From Eledone cirrhosa (Eukaryota): a stretch of DNA of 64,000 nucleotides. The stretch is taken from NCBI GenBank assembly GCA_964016885.1, contig OZ024740.1, positions 106,826,001-106,890,000 on the forward strand, read 5' to 3'. A program made the translations under genes and the position numbers. Each line of letters starts with the position of its first letter. The stretch's first letter is position 1. The notes under the pieces are model-generated. The model was not told where the DNA came from. It made no database searches and saw only the letters and a program-made list of their open reading frames with translations. Positions 57,236 to 64,000 of the stretch are shown piece after piece.

Positions 57236-57794
57236 CTATCGTCATGAATAAACACTTTTATGTAAGAGTTTTTTACACGGTTTTTAATAATGTAGGCATC
57301 TTGTGGAACAAATAGACCACATGAAATGCGGGCCCACTGTATATCTCAAATTTCATCGTTGGTTGGGAAAAATTACTTTATATTTCGGTCACTTAAAACG
57401 GAAAGTCCTAATCATCGAAAATACGAAAATAGTTATTTTTTGTGTATTATAGATGTAAGAAGAAGAAGAAGAAGAAGAAGAATTTAATGAGAAACGGCTG
57501 TAACTTTGCGTTTTTTTCCTGTAACAAATAACATAAATTATAATACTAAGTAACAAATAAAATCATATATAATCTTCAAGAAGCGATGAGCCAAAAATAC
57601 CGATCATCCTATATTCTTTCTGTCTTCATTTCTTGTGATTTATTATGGTTCTTTTACGATTAGACTCCCTTCTCTTCATCCACCGCCTCCTCCGCCTCCT
57701 CCTCCTCCACGGAACCACAGAACAGCAACTCTTTGCGAGCAAAACAATTTTACAGTTATTACACCACACCCTCGTAATCACTATTTAAAAAACA

Positions 57795-58100
57795 CACCAT
57801 CATCACCATCTCTAACATCGCCATCCTTGCCACCACTGTCACCACCGCCACCGCTTCTAACAATACCATCCCTACCATCACTATCACCACTGTCACCACC
57901 GCCATCCCTACCATCATTATCACCTCCATCACTACCACCGCCATCCCCACCACAACTATCACCGCCGTCACCACCTTAAACACCGCCATCCCCACCATCA
58001 CTGTCACTGTCGTAATCCATCTCTAGCACCACCATCTCTACTACCACCACCACCACCTCCACCACCAACATCATCATCATGATCACCCTTAACACCATTA
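57795..58100. repeat. Degenerate (ACC/ATC)n tract
   Basis: Direct reading. Confidence 0.9.
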
Positions 58101-58397
58101 CCGCCAAGCCGAGTAAGGAACATATTTATGGTCCAACCACCTGCTGGAAATGCTAAACGGTGTTCCGATCATGACTATTTTGATTATATATCTAGAACTA
58201 CATTGGCATTCCAACTTTAAGACACTAGAATATAAGTTGAGGGAGATTTAGATATTATTTCTAACATTTACAGCAGTGCTTGCCAACCCTTTATCACAAT
58301 TCGAACCCCAAATATAACAGAGATTTATAGAGAATCATTAAACATGAAATTTCACTATACAAACCACAGATATTTCTGAGAAATTTATAAAGAATCC

Positions 58398-58625
58398 TTC
58401 ACCCTTTAATATTAAAGTCGGCTGTATCCGGCCAGAATTCTCTCACCTCTTTCTGCTCAAACCGGCCATAACTGGCCAAGTCATACTGATGTTAAAGTAT
58501 TGTTCTAAAAATACATAATGTTAAAATCTCATAGATTCGATATTAAGTGAGTTAATTATAAGGTAAAGCATTTTTAGTGAAAATATAATAGTAAATATAG
58601 AGTAATGTAAGTGGTAAAGGGTTAA
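58398..58625. mobile_element. piggyBac-like MITE
   Basis: ttca-CCCTTTA ... TAAAGGG-ttaa termini. Confidence 0.5.
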
Positions 58626-58829
58626 ATATGATATTTCACTATACAAACTCCAGATATCACTGAAATACATATAAAAGACCCTAAAACTTGATGATAAAAT
58701 ATGTACACACTTTTAAAATGTTCCATTATATATATTTTAAAAAACCCTATGCCATTTCATAAAAGAATAACAAATTAAAGTAGATGTTTTGAAATATCAT
58801 GAAGAGCTCTCGAAGTTTACTGACATACC

Positions 58830-60030
58830 CTGTGACATTTACCAATTATCTTGTCAGCCCATAAATCAATCTCGTCTTTGCTGTTGTTTATTATTTCGGA
58901 CCACACAATTATATCTACATATCCCATATTAGCACCCATGATCTCTAACAGATGAACTTAATTCTAAGTACATTATCTTATTACTCTTACAGTCCTTTGA
59001 AACTCTTATTTTCCTCTTATTATTATTATTATCATCTCAATGTACCCTATCCCTAAATTTATTCATCATGTTCTCTATCTATTTACCATGCTTGTTTTAT
59101 TGTTGATGTTATTGTCTTAATTATACACTATTTTGTTATTGATGTTGCGAAAACTAAACTCCCATGATTCGAACTAGCAATCCCAAAATTTAGAATAACA
59201 TACTGAATCCACAATTTCACTTAATACCAGCTACCAATGAACCACAAATCTCTATACACTCCCTCCATCAATCTCACTAAGTTGATACAACAGGAGAAAA
59301 TGCCTAACACAAGCGCTTATCTGTCAAACCATAAATCAATCTCCGTTTTATTGTTGGTAGGGTGTCAGACCCACAGCTCACTTGTATCTAAATCTCTCAT
59401 AATTGCACTTAAAGTGTAGATTCCAAAATCTGATTCTAAGTACATTTTATTATTTATCCCTTCATCTAAGTTAATTCATCCATTGACTACTACCTCTAAT
59501 GTACCCTATGGTAGATTTCGCATGTCACTTAATACATCTGTTCATATCTGTTTGTTTACCATGCTTGTTTTATCATTATATTCTATTTCTTACTTGTATT
59601 GATGTTATTGTTTTAATTATTCACTATCTAGATATTTTGTTACTGATGTTATTGTTCTGGTCTAACACCACTCTTCTATAAAAGCCACGCCTTGCGTATT
59701 ATCCTCATATCCACGCGCTCTGATGTATTGATTGGTTGTAAACAAAGTATTGGAGATCGATTGACGCAACATCAAGCGATTAGCGAACTCTAGACCTACC
59801 AGATCAACGAAACAATTGTCAGCACTGTGAATAAAGCCCTTATTGTACAGCCAACCATGTTACCCTTCTTTCTTGAATTATTATTACTCCAAGTATAAAC
59901 TACATAGAAATCACCGCGAATTCGCTGCATCACTATGGAAGCGTCTTGTTGAGTCAAATTAAGCAATACATCAAAACCATCCACAACACGAAGTACTCTA
60001 TCTGGACTATCTCTAAGATAACTTGTTATC
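58830..60030 (+). mobile_element. Solo 3' UTR/pLTR of the Naiad family at 41483-44810, with hammerhead at 59715-59825
   Basis: 59745-59865 mirrors ~41495-41615 and 59160-59195 mirrors ~42270-42303; gcgct-CTGATGT...GAAAC-aatt-GTC-agcac; 58830-59140 duplicates ~59310-59640. Confidence 0.75.
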
Positions 60031-60033
60031 CCG

Positions 60034-60034
<1 letters not shown>

Positions 60035-60066
<32 letters not shown>

Positions 60067-60073
60067 GGGGGGG

Positions 60074-60160
<87 letters not shown>

Positions 60161-60170
60161 ATATATATAT
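60035..60170. repeat. (TA)n/(GA)n microsatellite
   Basis: Direct reading. Confidence 0.95.
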
Positions 60171-60717
60171 GAGTGTGTGTGTTCACTAATTGTTTATGTC
60201 CTGGAATTTAGTGTTTCAATATGATTGTTTAAATTCGTTTCAGTTGGTGTCCCAAGCATAGTTGTAATATGATCCGTTGAATAACGGAAATAAACGAAAC
60301 AAATATAAGAATAAACAAATAAAAGAATACTAGAGATCATCAAGTATCATATTTATGAATAATTAAACAGAAAATGAGATAATATCGCTTAATTATTTGT
60401 TTGTTGCTTGGAAATATAGTGGCCTAATTCCATGATTCATCCACTCCTTATAGATCCGGCGGAAACTGATATAAAAAAACACTATTCATTAAACAGAGTT
60501 GTTGTTGTTTTTTGTTGTTGCTGTTGTTTTTGTTGTTATTTTTGTTGTTGTTTTTTTTTTGTTGTTGTTTTCTTTTGTTGTTGTTAACTTTATATATAAT
60601 ATAATAGATGTATAACATCACACCCACACAATGAATTGTTATCACTTATCTCATTTGAACAAAATCATTTAGAGAGATATCGTTGTTTCCTGTCCCTTTC
60701 TCAATTATTCCGCCAAA

Positions 60718-61950
60718 GCCACCACCACCACCAGCACTACCACCACTACCATACCACCACCGTCACCACCACCACCACTACCATTACCATCACCATCACC
60801 ATCACTACCATCGCCACCACCATCATCATCACCATCACCACCACCACCACCACCACTACCACAACTACTATCATCATCACCATCACCACCATCACTACCA
60901 GCACTGCCAGCGCTACCACACCACTACCTTCACCATCACCACCAGCACCAGCATCGCCACTACCACCACCACCACCACTACCACCACTACCATCACCACC
61001 ATCATCACCACCCCATCATTACCATCATCACTACTACCATCACCACCACCACTACCTCCATCATTACACCCCCACAACCACCAGCGCTACTATCACCACC
61101 ACCACCACCCCCACAACCACCACCACCATCACCACCACCACAATAAACAATCAATACATACTTCTCATCTATCTCCTCATCATCATTAACATCATCACCA
61201 CCTTCATCATCACCATCACTACCACCACCACCACAACCACCACCACTACCACCACTACCACCACTACCACCACCACTACCACCACTACCATCACCACCTC
61301 CACCACTACCACCACCACTACCACCACTACCACCACCACTACCACCACTACCACCACCACTACCACCACTACCACCACCACTACCACCACTACCACCACC
61401 ACCACTACCACCACTACCACCACCACTACCACCACTACCACCACCATCCCTACCATCACCACTACCACCACTACCACCACTACCACCACTACCACCACCA
61501 CCACTACCACCACTACCATCACCATCACTACCATCACCACCTCCACCACTACCACCACCACTACCACCACCACCACTACCACCACTACCACCACCACTAC
61601 CACCACCACTACCACCACTACCACCACCACCACTACCACCACTACCACCACCACTACCACCACTACCACCACCATCCCTACCATCACCACTACCACCACT
61701 ACCACCACTACCACCACCACTACCACCACTACCACTACCACCACTACCACCACCACTACCACCACTACCACCACCATCACTACCATCACCACTACCACCA
61801 CTACCACCACTGCCACCACCACTACCACCACCATCACTACCATCACCGCCTCCACCACTACCACCAATACCACCACCACCATCACCACAACCACCACCAT
61901 CCCCACCACCATAGTTACCTCATCATCATCATCATCGTCATCTTCTTCTT
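60718..61950. repeat. 1.2-kb (ACC/ACT/ATC)n tract
   Basis: Direct reading; produces poly-T, poly-H and poly-V pseudo-ORFs. Confidence 0.95.
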
Positions 61951-64000
61951 CATCTAGTTAGTACTTATCGAAAAATAATATTATTTTTTTCATTGTTTCT
62001 GAAAGAATTGTTGTTCCACGAAAATCTTCATATAGATGAAATATTTCAAAGTTTACATTTCCGTATTCTAGACATAAGTGTGTTGTTAAGAGGTTCGCTG
62101 AGCAACTACATAGTTTCAGGTTCAACCCCCAGTATGTGATATTGGGGCAATAGACTTCTACTACAGCCTCGGATCAGACGAAACTTTCAGAGTGAAATGT
62201 CTGAGGTATATCTACAACATCAAATGGCTGGAGAAGATTAGAAATGGGGATCTGTGGGAGATCTGGTGTGGAGAGAGGGGAGACTAGTATTCATGAGTGA
62301 CTGCTGGTCCTCTACAAACAAACACACCTTGCCCAGGCTTGTATGTCAGAGGGGACCTTTCTATCTGCAAAACCCATGGTCAGGAAATACCAAAAGAGAA
62401 GGGGAGGGGCTTACAATAAAATAGAACATTCCACTCGCCTCCATCTTAGTCACCTGAGCATGAAACTGTTGTGAGTTAGCAGGTTTAATTCATCATCCGG
62501 TTTAACCTCACCACCTTTTTCTAACGTTTAGTAATGTGTGGAAGGCGGTATTTATGAACCCGTTATTTTTCAAAACTTCAGAGTCCAGTAACCACAGGGG
62601 AATTGTCCCAAAACCGGAGACCTGGTCCAAATGCTTACAACAAAGTGAAAACATCTAAAGGTACCGAAGACCCGTGTGGTTATGTTAAAACGGGTAGCAG
62701 ATTAATTTTACCACCAAAAACCTCAGAACACAAAGATCCAGAACAGATACCGGTTCCGTCTCAGTTCCGTCAGTCTACTGTCCCGGAGTGGTACTGCATG
62801 TTATCAATTCCGGAAGGATGAAAAGCAAAATTGACCTCAACGGATTTGAACTCAGAAAGCAAAGAACTGGAAATATGCAAAGCATTTTTATTCTAGGCTT
62901 TAATGCCTCTGCCAATTCGCGGCCTTCATCATCTGGCCTTAGTTACTTTTAACGGAGTCAACACTGTTGCAAATATTTGGAGCAGGTTTTCCGGTTTAAA
63001 GATAATTTCCTCCCACTCTTCCTCGTCTGATTAAGATATTAAAATATGGTGATATATTCTGTCTTCCACTACTATTGCATTATTTTATAATTAATTTTAC
63101 AGATTAATGACAAAACCCTTGACACTCCTTTCAGTCTAGTTATTACTGGCATCGATGAGGCGTATCTTCTCAAAATAAACATATATGACTATATTCTCAC
63201 ATGCATTAAGTTTTAGGTCAATTTTTCAAGAGGACTGTAGATGATTGATGTTACTCAGGTATTTGAAAAACAATAAGAAGGTCGGCTTTTGTTATCTTAC
63301 CATCGTCTCTGCGTTTTGTCCATAATCATAACGCTTGACTATGAAATAATCAAAATACCTTGAGTTCAAATAATATTACATCTAAAAACAATGTGCATGT
63401 ACATGAGCCAGCTAGTATTCTCTGAGCGATCATTCGACGAGTTAGAAATGCCAGATCCAATCGTCAGCACTCGTTCACGTATGTCTAGATGCCGATGTTT
63501 AAAAGATACATGTATCCATCAGCTTTACCTTGATGCTGAAGTAGCTGTGACTTGATCACAGCTTAAAATACTCCCAGTGAGATTAAATGCATGTTTATTA
63601 CACATAAACTCTACGCCGTGTCTGACGCTCTATCGATACTGTCAATTCACCGCCCTCAAACACCAACTAAATAATGAGTGAAAAGTCAGTTATATTACTA
63701 AATTCTTCCAAATTCTTGATAATTGTCAAAATTATTCGAAAACCAAAATCAGTGTTTTTCATTAGAACTATGGCAACAAAAACGTTAAATATATTGAATG
63801 CTTTAATAGTATTTTTTGAAATCGCACATACCTTCTCATTTCCTAGTCCCTAAAATAACCAACGAAATGGGGCGGGATCATGTTTATGTAAGAAGTCGAT
63901 TAGTTCCCTTTTGCTGCACTTTATTCTCTCCCACACCTTTTTTTTTGGTGTGGAAGGAGAGAGAGAAATTATAATTTTATGACCTAAAGATAAAGAATCT

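Noticed and set aside
60636-61961. 441-aa Thr-rich ORF resembling a mucin
   Set aside because: Pure trinucleotide repeat, open in several frames and on both strands; no signal peptide or unique domain

Overview
AT-rich, microsatellite-dense eukaryotic DNA made almost entirely of transposable-element debris. I found no host exon, rRNA or true tRNA. The SINE motifs and repeat content suggest a coleoid cephalopod such as Octopus (inference). Recognisable elements: mariner and rosa/DD41D transposase remnants and MITEs; CRE, R4/Dong, RTE, RTE-X, Tx1/L1 and CR1 non-LTR pieces; two Naiad-type Penelope-like elements (PLEs; RT plus GIY-YIG); and many tRNA-derived SINEs. Three things stand out. (1) About a dozen unrelated non-coding repeat families carry type I hammerhead ribozyme motifs, sit in (TA)n tracts, and form tandem or fold-back structures. 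They include a 420-bp retrozyme-like array and one inversion junction that falls at the predicted cleavage site. (2) A 13.5-kb nest of R4 and RTE elements sits in (TATG)n, with the two clades in consistently opposite orientation. (3) One R4 copy carries clustered sense-strand A-to-G changes resembling ADAR hyper-editing fixed in the genome by retrotransposition. All alignments and folds were done by eye, and element boundaries are approximate.
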